Of a stretch of 64,000 nt of DNA, positions 48,301 through 59,400 are shown in pieces. The notes under the pieces are model-generated. The model saw only the letters and a program-made list of their open reading frames with translations. It did not search any database and was not told where the DNA came from. Position numbers and translations under genes: made by a program. Origin of the DNA: Planctomycetota bacterium (lineage in GTDB: Bacteria > Planctomycetota > UBA1135 > UBA2386); contig CANMWZ010000001.1 of NCBI GenBank assembly GCA_947501605.1, forward strand, positions 96,001 to 160,000, written 5' to 3'. Numbering within the stretch: the stretch's first letter is position 1; the number at the start of each line of letters is the position of its first letter.

Positions 48301-50307
48301 TCACAGCGGCGCAAACGTCAGCCGGATCGCCGTCGACGCCGACACCCCCTGCTGCGTGCACTGCAATCCGTCGAGGAACAGCCCCTGCACCCAGAAGCTC
48401 GTGTTCGCGAAGTAGGGATCGTCGACCATGTTCAACAGGGTGTTCATGGTGCCGATGGTCGACGTGCCCAAGAACTCGCAGTACCACGGCGCCGCGGGCG
48501 AGATGTGCACTCCCACGCCCAGCAGCGGGATCGGCGCAGGCTCGACGCCGAAGCCGAGCACGAACAGTGCGCTCGTCGAGCGCGGCGTGTTGCGGAACTG
48601 GAGCTCGATCTCGCCGAAGCCGACCGTCGGCCGCCCCGAGGCGCGCGCTTCGCACAACCCAGCACACCCCGGGGTCCCCGTGCCCGCGAAGGAAATGCCC
48701 GGGGTCCAACTGATGACCGCCTGCGGATCGTTCTCGTAGAACTCGAAACCGAAGGCACCCGAGGCAGAGATCACATCGACGGCCTGCGCCGTGGAGGCAC
48801 GAATGCAGAACTGTGGCGACCCGGAACCGCTCTCGAACCGAAGGTTGCGAAGCAGGGTCGGCTCCGTTCGAGCGCAGTGCAACAAGACGGATCCGCTTAC
48901 CGAACTGCCGCCCTGGAGAACCCCGTTCCGGAAGTCGAACGGCGGCGCGCCAAACGTACTGCCGGCACCGAGCAACACACCGGCAGGATCGATGTCGCGG
49001 AAGACGAAGTGCTGTGCCTCGATGCGGCCAGACACTTCGACGACGACACGCGACCCGGAGTTGCCGCCAACAACCGGTCCCTGTGTCGAATCGAAGGTCC
49101 CGTCGAGCCGCAGTGTCCCCGTCGGCGAGATGCGTAGGACACCCGGGACTCCCGGCGACGCGCCAGCGATCGACAACTCGGTGCGGGCATCCAACTGCAA
49201 TCGCCCGTCGACCTGCACGACTCCTAAGGTCTGCAGCGTCGTGAGGCCGAACCCACTGCCGAAACCCGTGCTCTGGATCCGCAGGCTGCCGCCAGCGAGG
49301 ACCGGCGGGAACGCCATGTTCGTCGCCGACACGGCGACGGAAACAAAGGGCCCCGCCAAGGACAGACTGCCGGCAATGGCAGGCAGTTCGACGCGCGTGA
49401 AATCGGCAGCGTCCACGCGGACGGACCCCGTCCCCGCCACCCACCGGATCCGGTTGACACCGAATCCACCATCGACGCTGTCGGAGTAGGAGAACGCTGC
49501 ACCCTGCGGCACGTCGACCGCGAGGTTGGCAGTGTTGTTCGCCGTCGACGCGATGTTGAGCGACTTGGTCGGCGGGATGCGAATCGTCCCACCTGTGGGT
49601 GTGACACTCGAGGTCGGGCCCGCGCGCAGGACTCGGATCGCCGTGTCGGTCGGCGGCTGGAAGTTCCAGGCGAGGTCGAAGGTGTCGATCTCGAGACTCG
49701 CCGACGCTGGACAGAAGATCAGCCCTTGGGGCGTCCCCGTTGCAGAAGCACTCAAGAGGCGAGTGACACCGTTCCACTCGATACGGATCGATCGCCCGAA
49801 GAAGCCCTGGGAGTCGACGGAGAACGCATCGGCCGCGAGGTTGGTGAAGTTCACGAGATGCCCTGTTTCCACGACCACGTTGGTCGCGCGCGAGCCGCCG
49901 GTGAAGCTCACGACCGCGGCGGGTGGCTCGAACACCCCGATCGGACCGCGAAACTCGAGCCGACCCGTACCCGTCATGCTGGCAGCGAGCGTTGCGTCTC
50001 CGTGCACCGCCAGAATGCCCAGAGTCGTCGAGGTCGGTCGCAGGACCTCGAGTCCTGCCCCACTCGCGACGAGCAGACCACGACAGTTGCCAAGGCCCAC
50101 CAACCTCGGCAGGTTCACCACCACCGGCACGGTCACGTCGTCCGTGTCATCCGGCACGCCGGCAGTCCAGTTCGCCGCGAGGTTCCAGTCCCTCGACACC
50201 GCTCCTGTCCAGACCGTCTGCGCCGACAATGGCGCGATCCAGCAGAACCAGCACACAGAAGGAGCAACAACGCCACGAAGAGCCCGAGCCACAAGACCGA
50301 TCCCCAT
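48301..50307 (-). CDS. Large secreted beta-rich protein with a WTG..DW..NW..GVP N-terminal motif
   Basis: GGAGG RBS, signal peptide ending LSA-Q, TVWTGAVSRDWNLAANWTAGVP; G/S/T/V-rich; distinct ~130-aa C-terminal domain. Confidence 0.78.
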   Translation of the reverse strand: MGIGLVARALRGVVAPSVCWFCWIAPLSAQTVWTGAVSRDWNLAANWTAGVPDDTDDVTVPVVVNLPRLVGLGNCRGLLVASGAGLEVLRPTSTTLGILAVHGDATLAASMTGTGRLEFRGPIGVFEPPAAVVSFTGGSRATNVVVETGHLVNFTNLAADAFSVDSQGFFGRSIRIEWNGVTRLLSASATGTPQGLIFCPASASLEIDTFDLAWNFQPPTDTAIRVLRAGPTSSVTPTGGTIRIPPTKSLNIASTANNTANLAVDVPQGAAFSYSDSVDGGFGVNRIRWVAGTGSVRVDAADFTRVELPAIAGSLSLAGPFVSVAVSATNMAFPPVLAGGSLRIQSTGFGSGFGLTTLQTLGVVQVDGRLQLDARTELSIAGASPGVPGVLRISPTGTLRLDGTFDSTQGPVVGGNSGSRVVVEVSGRIEAQHFVFRDIDPAGVLLGAGSTFGAPPFDFRNGVLQGGSSVSGSVLLHCARTEPTLLRNLRFESGSGSPQFCIRASTAQAVDVISASGAFGFEFYENDPQAVISWTPGISFAGTGTPGCAGLCEARASGRPTVGFGEIELQFRNTPRSTSALFVLGFGVEPAPIPLLGVGVHISPAAPWYCEFLGTSTIGTMNTLLNMVDDPYFANTSFWVQGLFLDGLQCTQQGVSASTAIRLTFAPL

Positions 50308-50444
50308 CGAAACCTCCAAGAGAGCAAAAGTCCGCCCACAGGCTAGGCAGCAGCGGCCCCGCGGACAAGGCAACGGTCCTCGGCCAAGCACCCCCGTCGT
50401 TTGCCGCCCTCGCCCCCCGCTCGCGCTGCCGCTACAACGCTCCG

Positions 50445-53400
50445 GTGACCGACGCCGCAGAATCGCCCAACGACGGCACTTCGCCCGCCGAGGCACCCGC
50501 GGTGCTCCCGCTCTCGCCCCCGATCCCGCTCGCGGGCCACTTCACCCTGCTGCAAGAACTCGGCAGCGGCAGCTCGGGCACGGTCTATCGAGCACGCCTG
50601 ACGGAGGCCTACGAGGACTTGAAGGCCGGCACCGAAGTCGCGATCAAGTTCTTGCGCCAGGACCGCCTGCTGGACGAGAAGTCGCGCGCGCGCTTTGTCG
50701 CCGAGGGCCAACTCGGCCAACGCGTGCGCCATGCCAACGTCGCCGCGATCCACGGCGTCGAGACCATCGCCGTGCTCGGGCTCGAGACGACCTACCTGGT
50801 GATGGAGCTCGTACGTGGCACGACGCTGCGGCAGTTCTTGGTGCAACAGGGCCCGCCGGTCGAAGACCTCACGCGCCGCATCGGCCGCGATGCGGCGCTC
50901 GGCCTGCAAGCGCTGCACCGGCGCGGGGTCGTACACCGCGACGTCAAGCCTGAGAACCTCGTGCTCACGCCGCAGGGCGAAGTGAAGATCGTCGATCTCG
51001 GCCTCGCACGTCCCTTCGGCGAAGCCAGCAGCGGCCGCGACAGTGCGGGCACTGGCAGCACCGGCTCGGGCGGTAGTGGCTCGGGCGGTAGTGGCTCGGG
51101 TTCGCACGGATCGACCGGCAGCGGTACAGCGAGCAACAGTCACGGTAGCCACGGCTCTGGCAGCGGGCGGCGCTCCCTGTCGTCCGGGAGTCGCGGGATC
51201 GCCGGTAGCGTGTCGTACAGTTCGCCGGAGGCACTGCAGGGCCGTCCCGTCGGTCCGCAGAGCGACCTCTACGCGCTTGGCGTCGTGCTGTTCGAAGTCG
51301 CGACCGGCCGCCATCCGTTCGCTCACTGCGAGTCCGCCGACGAGATGATCCACGCGCACCTGCACGAAGCGCCGCCGCGACCGTCGTACTGGCGACCGCG
51401 CATCTCGCCGCTGCTGGAGCAACTGCTGCTCGAGCTATTGCAAAAGGACCAGAACGCGCGGCCTGACGCTGCTGCCGAGGTCGCACGCATCCTGCAACAA
51501 GGGGAGGCCTCCGAGTGGTGGCAAGAACACGAGCAACGCGCGCCCGCCCTTGCATCGGGGCGCCGTTTGCAGCGCATGCGGCGGCCGGCGGAAACGCCGT
51601 TTCAGGGCCGCGAGGACGAACTGCAGAAGCTGACGCGGCAGTTGCAGTACGCGCGTTCGGGCAAGGGCCGCGCCCGTTGGATCAGCGGCCCGCAAGGCAT
51701 CGGCCGACGGCGCTTGCTCGACGAAGCGATGACGCAGTGGCTGCAGCGCGACACCGATCTGCTCTACCTCGGCGGCGAAGCCGACCCAGGCCTCGGTCAC
51801 GCCGAACCGTTCGCGAGTTCCTTGCTCGACTACCTGCTGCGCGGTGAAGGACTCGACTCGCCGCAGGCCATCCCTCGCGCTGAAGCGCGCGCCAAGCTCG
51901 AACTCGACCTCGACGATGGGGACGCGCAGGCGCTGATCGCGGTGGCGACCGGACAGAGCACCGAGGAACCCGAGGTCCGCGCCAATCGCCTCGCCAACGC
52001 CCTGCTGTCGCTGCCGAGAAAGGGCCGCGTGATGGTGCTGCGCATCGACGCTGCCGACCGCCTCGACACTTCCGGACGACTGGTGCTCCAGCGTCTCCTG
52101 CGCGACCTCGCCCGGCGCCACATCTTGCTGCTGGTGACCGCGGGCCCCGATTGGCAAGCCCCCGAGGCCCTCGAACGCATCGACGTGCACGGCCTCGACG
52201 AGCTCGAGTTCTTGCAACTCGGTCGCGCGCTATTCGCACCTGGCCGCGCACCCGACGCGCAACTCGAAGCCGCCCACGCAACCTTCAGCGGCAGCCCGGG
52301 CAACCTCATCGAGGCGCTCGAACACCTCGCCCAAAACGATGTGCTGTTCGGCCGCCCCGGCGACTTCCATGGGCTCCCGCCCGAGATTGAGCTGCGGCCG
52401 GCACCTCACCATTTGCAGCGCTTCGAGCAACGCGTGCAACGCATGCCGCCGTCGCATCGCCGGGTGTTGGCTGCTACTGCCGTGCTCGGCAACCGCTGCT
52501 CACTCAGCGACCTCGTCGCCTTGACCGGCACGCCCGAACTGCTGGTGCTGGAGACGCTCTCGTTGTTCCGTGGCCGAGTGCTACGGGCGCAAGGCGGTGA
52601 AGTGATCTTCCGCCACCGCGACTTCCAACAGGCCCTGCTGCGACAAATCGAGCCCGACGAACGCACGGCATTGCACAAGCGCGCGGCCGAGGTCTTCGAG
52701 CAACGCAAGAAGCCGCCGCTCGAGATCGGCATGCACCGCTCGCAAGCGCTCGACCATCAAGGCTGCATCGAACCGCTGTTGCTCGGGCTCGCCGAGATCG
52801 TGCGTGCCGGCAGCCGCCGCACCAGCCTGCGCATCGCCGCGCGACTGCAAGTGCACGTGCAACACCTGCCCGAAGGCCGGGTCCGCGACGAGGCCCAACT
52901 GCGTTTGTTGCTGCTGTCGGCGCGCGCGCGGCGCAATGCGGGGCAGCCGCAGTTTGCCGCGCGGCAGTTCCGCGCCGCCGACTCACTGGCGCGCGAACTC
53001 GCCGATCCGCTCGGCAGCGGCGAAGCGCTGACCGGACTCGCGGCCGCGACCTTCGACCATGGCCATCTGATGCAGGCCATACTGCTGCTCGAGAATGCGC
53101 ACCGCGAACTGGAGAACCCGGAAAGCGACCGGGCGCGCGTGCTCGCCGCCGATGCCCACGGGTTGCACGGCCGCATCCTGCTCTACCTCGGAGAATCGGA
53201 GGACGGCATGCGGCACATCCAAGCCGCCCTGCGCCTGTTGCCCGACAAGGAGATCGAGCGACAACGCCACCTGCAGATCGACCTCGCGCGCCTCGAGGCG
53301 CTGCGCCACCACTACCCGACCGCGTTGAAGACGCTGACCAAGGTCGACGATCGACAAGCGCGCCACCTGCCGCGCGTTCGCATGCGTCTGCGGCTGTATC

Positions 53401-53963
53401 GCGGTCAGTTCCGCGCCGCGCTCGGCGACGACGATGCGGCGCAGGACCTGCGCGCGTGCATTCAGGAAGCCGAGCGCCTGTCGCTGTGGGCCTATGCCGC
53501 ACGGGCGCGCATCTTCCTCGGCGAGCGTGCCTTCTTCGACCGGCGCGACGACGACGCCCGCACCGAGTTCATCGCCGCGCGCGAACTGGCGCAGCGCGGT
53601 CGCGATCCACTGGGGCACGCGCTGGCGTCGATCCACTTGCTGCGGCTCGGTGCGGATGATCCCGAACTCACAGCCGCCGTCGACAACCTCGGCCTGCCGT
53701 CGCTGCAGACGGCATGGCTGCTCGCCTCGGCGTATCGCGCCGAAGAACGCGGCGACCTCGCGGCTCGCGACCAATGCGCCGAACGCGCACTCGGGTTGTG
53801 CACCACCGCCGATGTGCCGTTGGCACTGCACCTTCGCGCCCTCGCGCTCGGCGGGCTCGAAGCGTCGGCTCGCGCGCTGGTGCGTACGATTGCCGCCAAG
53901 TTCCGCGATCGTCGAACACAGAAGCGCTTTGCCAAGACCTGGGAGAACGGCGCCCGGGTGTGA
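50445..53963 (+). CDS. Ser/Thr protein kinase with AAA-type ATPase-like and TPR regions
   Basis: LGSGSSGTVY, VAIK, HRDVKPEN, DLG, YSSPE, SDLYALG; degenerate Walker A GPQGIGRR; GSPGNL; TPR-like C-terminus. Confidence 0.9.
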   Translation: MTDAAESPNDGTSPAEAPAVLPLSPPIPLAGHFTLLQELGSGSSGTVYRARLTEAYEDLKAGTEVAIKFLRQDRLLDEKSRARFVAEGQLGQRVRHANVAAIHGVETIAVLGLETTYLVMELVRGTTLRQFLVQQGPPVEDLTRRIGRDAALGLQALHRRGVVHRDVKPENLVLTPQGEVKIVDLGLARPFGEASSGRDSAGTGSTGSGGSGSGGSGSGSHGSTGSGTASNSHGSHGSGSGRRSLSSGSRGIAGSVSYSSPEALQGRPVGPQSDLYALGVVLFEVATGRHPFAHCESADEMIHAHLHEAPPRPSYWRPRISPLLEQLLLELLQKDQNARPDAAAEVARILQQGEASEWWQEHEQRAPALASGRRLQRMRRPAETPFQGREDELQKLTRQLQYARSGKGRARWISGPQGIGRRRLLDEAMTQWLQRDTDLLYLGGEADPGLGHAEPFASSLLDYLLRGEGLDSPQAIPRAEARAKLELDLDDGDAQALIAVATGQSTEEPEVRANRLANALLSLPRKGRVMVLRIDAADRLDTSGRLVLQRLLRDLARRHILLLVTAGPDWQAPEALERIDVHGLDELEFLQLGRALFAPGRAPDAQLEAAHATFSGSPGNLIEALEHLAQNDVLFGRPGDFHGLPPEIELRPAPHHLQRFEQRVQRMPPSHRRVLAATAVLGNRCSLSDLVALTGTPELLVLETLSLFRGRVLRAQGGEVIFRHRDFQQALLRQIEPDERTALHKRAAEVFEQRKKPPLEIGMHRSQALDHQGCIEPLLLGLAEIVRAGSRRTSLRIAARLQVHVQHLPEGRVRDEAQLRLLLLSARARRNAGQPQFAARQFRAADSLARELADPLGSGEALTGLAAATFDHGHLMQAILLLENAHRELENPESDRARVLAADAHGLHGRILLYLGESEDGMRHIQAALRLLPDKEIERQRHLQIDLARLEALRHHYPTALKTLTKVDDRQARHLPRVRMRLRLYRGQFRAALGDDDAAQDLRACIQEAERLSLWAYAARARIFLGERAFFDRRDDDARTEFIAARELAQRGRDPLGHALASIHLLRLGADDPELTAAVDNLGLPSLQTAWLLASAYRAEERGDLAARDQCAERALGLCTTADVPLALHLRALALGGLEASARALVRTIAAKFRDRRTQKRFAKTWENGARV
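51063..51100 (+). repeat. 15-bp coding tandem repeat (GSGGS) in the kinase activation segment
   Basis: ggctcgggcggtagt x about 2.5. Confidence 0.7.
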
Positions 53964-54021
53964 CGACAGCCTTTGGTCGCCGCCTTCCGCGCCCGCGTGA
54001 GGGCGCTATCGTGTTCGGTCC

Positions 54022-56388
54022 GTGAAGCGCGCGCTGTTTCCCCTGATCGCCTCGGTCCTCGTGGCGCTGCTGTTGTGGCAGTCCTTTCCCGGCTTGATCG
54101 GGGACCCGAGCGGCATCGAGCTACCCGAGCCGCCAACGTTGCAAGACGATCGAGGTCTCCTGATCGATATCGCGCGGGCGGAGGACGTCGAGAACACGGT
54201 CATCAGCGATGAACTGCTTCGGATTCGCGAAGTTCTCCCCCTGGCCATCGACACTCCCCCAGCGCAACTGACCGTGCTGGTTCGACGGCCCGACGGTCGG
54301 CCGCTCGAGGACGTTGCTGTGATCCTCGCACCGCCGCTCGTGGTGGACGCCCGCACTGACGAACGCGTCGGCGTGACGGGCCGCGACGGCACCATCGAGT
54401 TCTCGCTGCCGCCGGGTTCGTGGCGGTGCCGCACGGTGCTCGGGGTCAATGCCGAACTCGAACTCGCTGCGGACGAACGACGCGCGCTCGAACTGACCCT
54501 GCCGAAGGATCCTGCAGTCCGCGGCATCGTCACCGACGAACGCGGCGCGCCCATTGCATCGGCGACGGTACTTGTGCTCGGGCTCAGCACCCTGGGCATC
54601 GCCCGATCTGGCGCCCGCACCGGCCCGGACGGCTCGTTCGAGTTGCTGGGCATCGGCGCGGGTCGCCTGCTCGCGGCCGCGCATCCGGACTTCGCACCCT
54701 GCCAACCGCAGCGGGTCGAACTGGCCGACGCCGAGGCACCAACGATCACACTCGTGTTGCGGCGGCCACACGGCGTGCTGCTTGGCGACGTCACCGACAC
54801 CGAGGGCAAGGGGCTGCCGGGTGCCGTCGTCTGGTTCGGGCCGCGTTCGCAACCATCCCCAGCATCGATCCTCGGCGCCGACGCGCCACAAAGCGGTCCC
54901 CCGGCGCAGGTCGTGCGCGCCGACGAGCACGGCCACTTCGTTTCGCCGGCGCTGCCGCTGGGCGAAATCGAGGTCCGGGCTCTGGCCACAGGCTTCGCAC
55001 TCGGCCGCACGTTCGCGACGGTTGCTGCGGGCGCATCCTCCGCGTTGCGCCTCGTGCTCGATTCGGGCGCTCGACTCGAGGGCATCGTTCGACATCCCGA
55101 CGGCACTCCAGCAGCGGACGCGATTGTCTACAGCGGCATTCGTCGCTCGATCGGCAGTCGCCTCGCGCGCACCCAAGTCGACGGCTCGTTCGCGCTCACA
55201 TCACTGCCGACCCACGCGATCGAAGTCACGGCCCTCGGCCTTGCCGCCAACGGCGTCACGACGCAGCAGGCCGCCACCCTGATCCAATTGCGAGCGGGCG
55301 AGACGCTCGGATGGAACCCGACCCTGCTGCCGCAGCCGCGAGGCAGTGTGCGCGGCAAGCTCGAGGACCAACAGGGGCAGCCACTCGCTGGCTGGCTCGT
55401 GATGGCGACTCCGCAAGGCCAGCGCCGCGGTCTTGGCACCGAGACTGCGAGTGACGGGACGTTTTCGCTGCTGGGACTGCCCACCCTGCAGACCGTCGAC
55501 GTCTCGGCCCGCCGTCCATCTGGTGGCTGGAACAGCTTTGTCGACGGGGTGCGGAAGAGCGTCGTGGTCGACGGTTCGCCCGTGACCATCACCGTGGTGT
55601 ACCCGGCGCCCGACCGCTGCACGCTGCTCGGCGTCGCCCTCGATGAAGGCGGCCGCCCACTCACCGCCAACATCCACATGCTCCATGGCCGCGGCGAAGT
55701 CGCGCAGTACCCGACCCGACTCGACGGTTCCTTCCGCATCGACACGGTGCCGGCCGGCACGGTGAATCTCGAACTGCGGCATCCGAACTACCCACCGCTG
55801 CGGCTACCGCCGTTGCAGCTGGAGGCGCAGGAAGTGCGCGACCTCGGCACACTCCAACTGCGCCAAGGTGGCATCGCCTTTGGCCGCATCCTCGGTCCAC
55901 TCGACCAACCGCCCACCAATGTCACCATGCGACTCATCGACAGCGGCGACCGTGAGATCGCAACGGCGGACTGCACGGATCTTGGCTATCGAACCCCGTG
56001 GCTACAGCCGGGCGACTATGACCTACTGGTCCAGGCAGACAGCACCGCGCCGAGCCGCGTGCCCGTCTCGATCCAAGCCGGCCAGGAGCACGAGCTCAAC
56101 ATTCGCTTGGAACCTGGCTCGCTGCACCGCTTGCGCGTGCGCACAGGTGTCGACTCGGATCGCTCGGCCCAGGTGTCCGTTGTGGTGTTCGACGATCAGC
56201 AACGCGCCGTCTGGGTCGCACACCTGCCGATGACGCAGGGCACCGCCGAGTTTCGTTGTTACCTGCGAGACGGACCCTTTGCGGTGCTCGCACTCGGGGT
56301 TCGCGGCTACCGCGCTACTGGCTCGTTTGCGGTCGACGCACGATCCCCCGCCGGTCCTGGCCTGACCGAGTTGGAACTGCAGCACTGA
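54022..56388 (+). CDS. Exported protein with repeated carboxypeptidase-regulatory-like domains
   Basis: N-terminal TM; repeated G.V.D..G.P...A.V ... T..DG.F units. Confidence 0.85.
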   Translation: MKRALFPLIASVLVALLLWQSFPGLIGDPSGIELPEPPTLQDDRGLLIDIARAEDVENTVISDELLRIREVLPLAIDTPPAQLTVLVRRPDGRPLEDVAVILAPPLVVDARTDERVGVTGRDGTIEFSLPPGSWRCRTVLGVNAELELAADERRALELTLPKDPAVRGIVTDERGAPIASATVLVLGLSTLGIARSGARTGPDGSFELLGIGAGRLLAAAHPDFAPCQPQRVELADAEAPTITLVLRRPHGVLLGDVTDTEGKGLPGAVVWFGPRSQPSPASILGADAPQSGPPAQVVRADEHGHFVSPALPLGEIEVRALATGFALGRTFATVAAGASSALRLVLDSGARLEGIVRHPDGTPAADAIVYSGIRRSIGSRLARTQVDGSFALTSLPTHAIEVTALGLAANGVTTQQAATLIQLRAGETLGWNPTLLPQPRGSVRGKLEDQQGQPLAGWLVMATPQGQRRGLGTETASDGTFSLLGLPTLQTVDVSARRPSGGWNSFVDGVRKSVVVDGSPVTITVVYPAPDRCTLLGVALDEGGRPLTANIHMLHGRGEVAQYPTRLDGSFRIDTVPAGTVNLELRHPNYPPLRLPPLQLEAQEVRDLGTLQLRQGGIAFGRILGPLDQPPTNVTMRLIDSGDREIATADCTDLGYRTPWLQPGDYDLLVQADSTAPSRVPVSIQAGQEHELNIRLEPGSLHRLRVRTGVDSDRSAQVSVVVFDDQQRAVWVAHLPMTQGTAEFRCYLRDGPFAVLALGVRGYRATGSFAVDARSPAGPGLTELELQH

Positions 56389-56459
56389 CCGTCTTCGGCA
56401 CCAAGGTGCACTCCGGCCGTGGACACCAGCAGCCGCTGGGTCGATGATCCGCTTTGCGC

Positions 56460-59400
56460 ATGCGTTTTTCTCTTGCGAGCCGTGCCGTCCTGACCCTGTT
56501 GTGCTCCGCCGCCGCGGCGAACGCCCAACAGGCTCCATCTCAAGGCCCGGTTGCCCGCGCTGTCCGCTATGACCGCGACGTTCGACCGATCCTCGCCGAC
56601 CGTTGCTTCAAGTGTCACGGACCGGACGAAGGTGCGCGCAAGGGCAAGCTTCGCCTCGACCAACGCGAAGCGGCCGTCGCACTGCGCGACACGGGTGCAG
56701 CGATCGTGCCCGGCGACCCCGACGCCAGCGAAGTGTGGCGCCGCATCACGACCGCGGACAGCGACGACGCGATGCCGCCCAAGGACAGCGGCAAGGCGGC
56801 GCTGACGGCCGAGGAGCGCGCGATCCTCCGCACCTGGATCGAGGGCGGCGGCGACTACGAACGACACTGGTCGTTCGTGGCGCCGGTGCGCGCGCCAGTG
56901 CCGCCACTGCCGGGCCCTTCCGACGCGCGCAATGCCGTCGATTCGTTCGTGCGCCTAGCCCTGGCCGAACGGTCACTACAACCCAGTGATCGCGCCGCGC
57001 CCGCGGTGCAGCTCCGCCGCCTGTTCTTGACGTTGACCGGACTGCCGCCCGAACCGCAGGACCTCGCGGGCTTCGTCGCGGATCCGAGCAACAGCGCCTA
57101 CGACGCCTGGGTCGAGCGCCTGCTGACCGAGGAGCCGTGGCGCACGCGATACGCCGAGCGCATGGCCTCGCCGTGGCTCGACGCCGCTCGCTACGCCGAC
57201 ACCTCGGGCATCCACATGGACGCCGGCCGCCAGATGTGGCCATGGCGCGATTGGGTGCTGAACGCGTTCCGCGACAACATGCCCTTCGACCAGTTCGCGC
57301 GCGATCAGCTCGCCGGCGACCTTTGGCCCGAAGCGACGCAGAGCCAGAAGATCGCGACCGGCTTCCACCGCTGCCACGTCACGACCGACGAAGGCGGGGC
57401 CATCGACGAGGAGTACCTGGTCGAGTACGCCGTCGACCGCGTGGCGACGACCGGCTCCGTGTTCTTGGGCCTCACGCTTGGCTGTGCGCGCTGCCACGAC
57501 CACAAGTACGACCCGATCACCCAAGAGGACTTCTTCTCGCTCTACGCCTACTTCCGCTCGATCGACGAGCCCGGCCTCTACTCGCAGATCCCCGACGCCA
57601 ACCGCGCCTTGGAACCGTTCCTGCGCGTGCCGTCGGTTGCGCAGAGCGAGCGAGAGCAGGAACTGAAGGCGCAGCTCACCCAGATCGAACACGATCTCGA
57701 CGTGGTACCACCGGAAGAAGCGACGGAGTTCGCCGCCTGGCAAGCCGAGCTGGTGCGCACTGCGCAGTTGTCGTGGCCGCCGGTGACGACGATTGCTGCG
57801 ACCTCGACCGGCGGCGCGACGCTGCGGATCGACGAGACCGGAGCCGTGACGGCAAGTGGCGAGAATCCAGACCGCGACCACCACGTGATCCGCCTGCGGA
57901 CCGAGGCGCTCGACCTGCGCTTGTTGTGCCTGCAAGCACTGCCCGCTCCGGAACGCCAAGATCAGCGCGTCGGCCGCGCCGAGAACGGCAACGCCGTGCT
58001 GCAGTCGATCGAAGTGCAGGCCATCTCGGTCCGCGATCCGCAGCAGTGCGTGACGGTCCCCTTGCTGTGGGCATGGGCCTCCCACGAACAGCAGAACGGC
58101 GACTTCCGCGTGACCAACACGATCGCCCGCGAGAACGGCGTCGGCTGGGCCGTGGACGCGCACAACCAACCAGGTGGAGAACGCGCCGCGCTGTATCTCA
58201 GCGATGCACCCTTTGGCTTCGAGGGCGGCACCGAGATCGTCGTCACGCTGCACTACGACTCCGTCTACGCCCGGCACACCTTCGCGCGCGTCCGCTGCTC
58301 GCTTGGCACGCTTGCGGAGACTGGCACCGATCGCCTGCCCGAAGCAAGCAGCAGTTGGTTCGTGGCCGGCCCGTTCGAGGGCGAGCGCGAGGCGCTATTC
58401 GACGCCGTGCACGGGCCTGAAAGCGAACGTGTTCTCGACCGCAACGCGACCTTCGCGGTGGCCAGCAAGGCAGAACCGCGGCGCTGGCGATTGGACGAGC
58501 GATTGCGGCTGGGCGCCGTTGGCGACCTGCCCGACGGCCAGAACATCACCTACGTCGCCCGCACGGTGTTCGCGCCGACCAAGCGCTCGCGCGAACTCTC
58601 ACTCGGCAGCGATGATGGCTTCCGCCTCTTCCTCGATGGCCAGGAAGTCGCCAAGAACCGCATCGAACGCGGCGCCGCGCCGGACCAGGACAGCGCCAAG
58701 ATCGAGTTCCTCCGCGGCGCCCAGCTCCTGACGATGAAGATCGTCAACACCGGCGGCAATGGCGGCCTCTACCAGCGCCCGCTGCCCCGTCAAGACGAGC
58801 TCGACGGCGACCTGCAGGCGGCGTTGCTGCCAGCAGCCGCGCAGGCGCCCTTGGCCGAACGCCTGCGCACTGCGTGGCGAACGCGGTTCAGCAAGGGCTA
58901 CAACGACAAGGTGCAGACGCAGCGAGCGCTGGCGGCGTCGCTTGCGGAACTCGATCGGCAAGTCCCGCGCACGATGGTCATGAAGGAGCGCAACGAGCGG
59001 CGCAAGACCTACATGCTGCTGCGCGGCGCCTACGACCAACCGATCACCGACCGCGACATCCCGCGCGGCGTGCCAAAGGCACTGGGCTCGCTGCCGCAAG
59101 ACACTCCGGATGACCGCCGCGGCCTCGCACAGTGGATCACCGCACCGACCAGCACGCTGTTTGCGCGCGTGCAGGTCAATCGGCTGTTCGAGACGATGTT
59201 CGGCACTGGCATCGTTCGCACCAGCGAGGACTTCGGCATGCAGGGCGAGTGGCCCAGCAACCAGGACCTGCTCGACTGGCTCGCGGTCGAGTTCCAGAGC
59301 AGCGGCTACGACGTGCGCCACATCGTGCGGCTGTTGGCGCAGAGTGCGACGTTTCGCCAAGACGACCGCGCGACCGAAGCCGCGCGCGCCGTCGACGCCG

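Noticed and set aside
46384..49137. 917-aa plus-strand ORF
   Set aside because: Antisense shadow of cysS and the adjacent gene in high-GC DNA; no recognisable motifs.
48032..49777. 581-aa minus-strand ORF as a real overlapping gene or programmed frameshift product
   Set aside because: Only its last ~78 codons look protein-like (treated as a pseudogene remnant); the rest is an alternate frame of the 48301..50307 gene.
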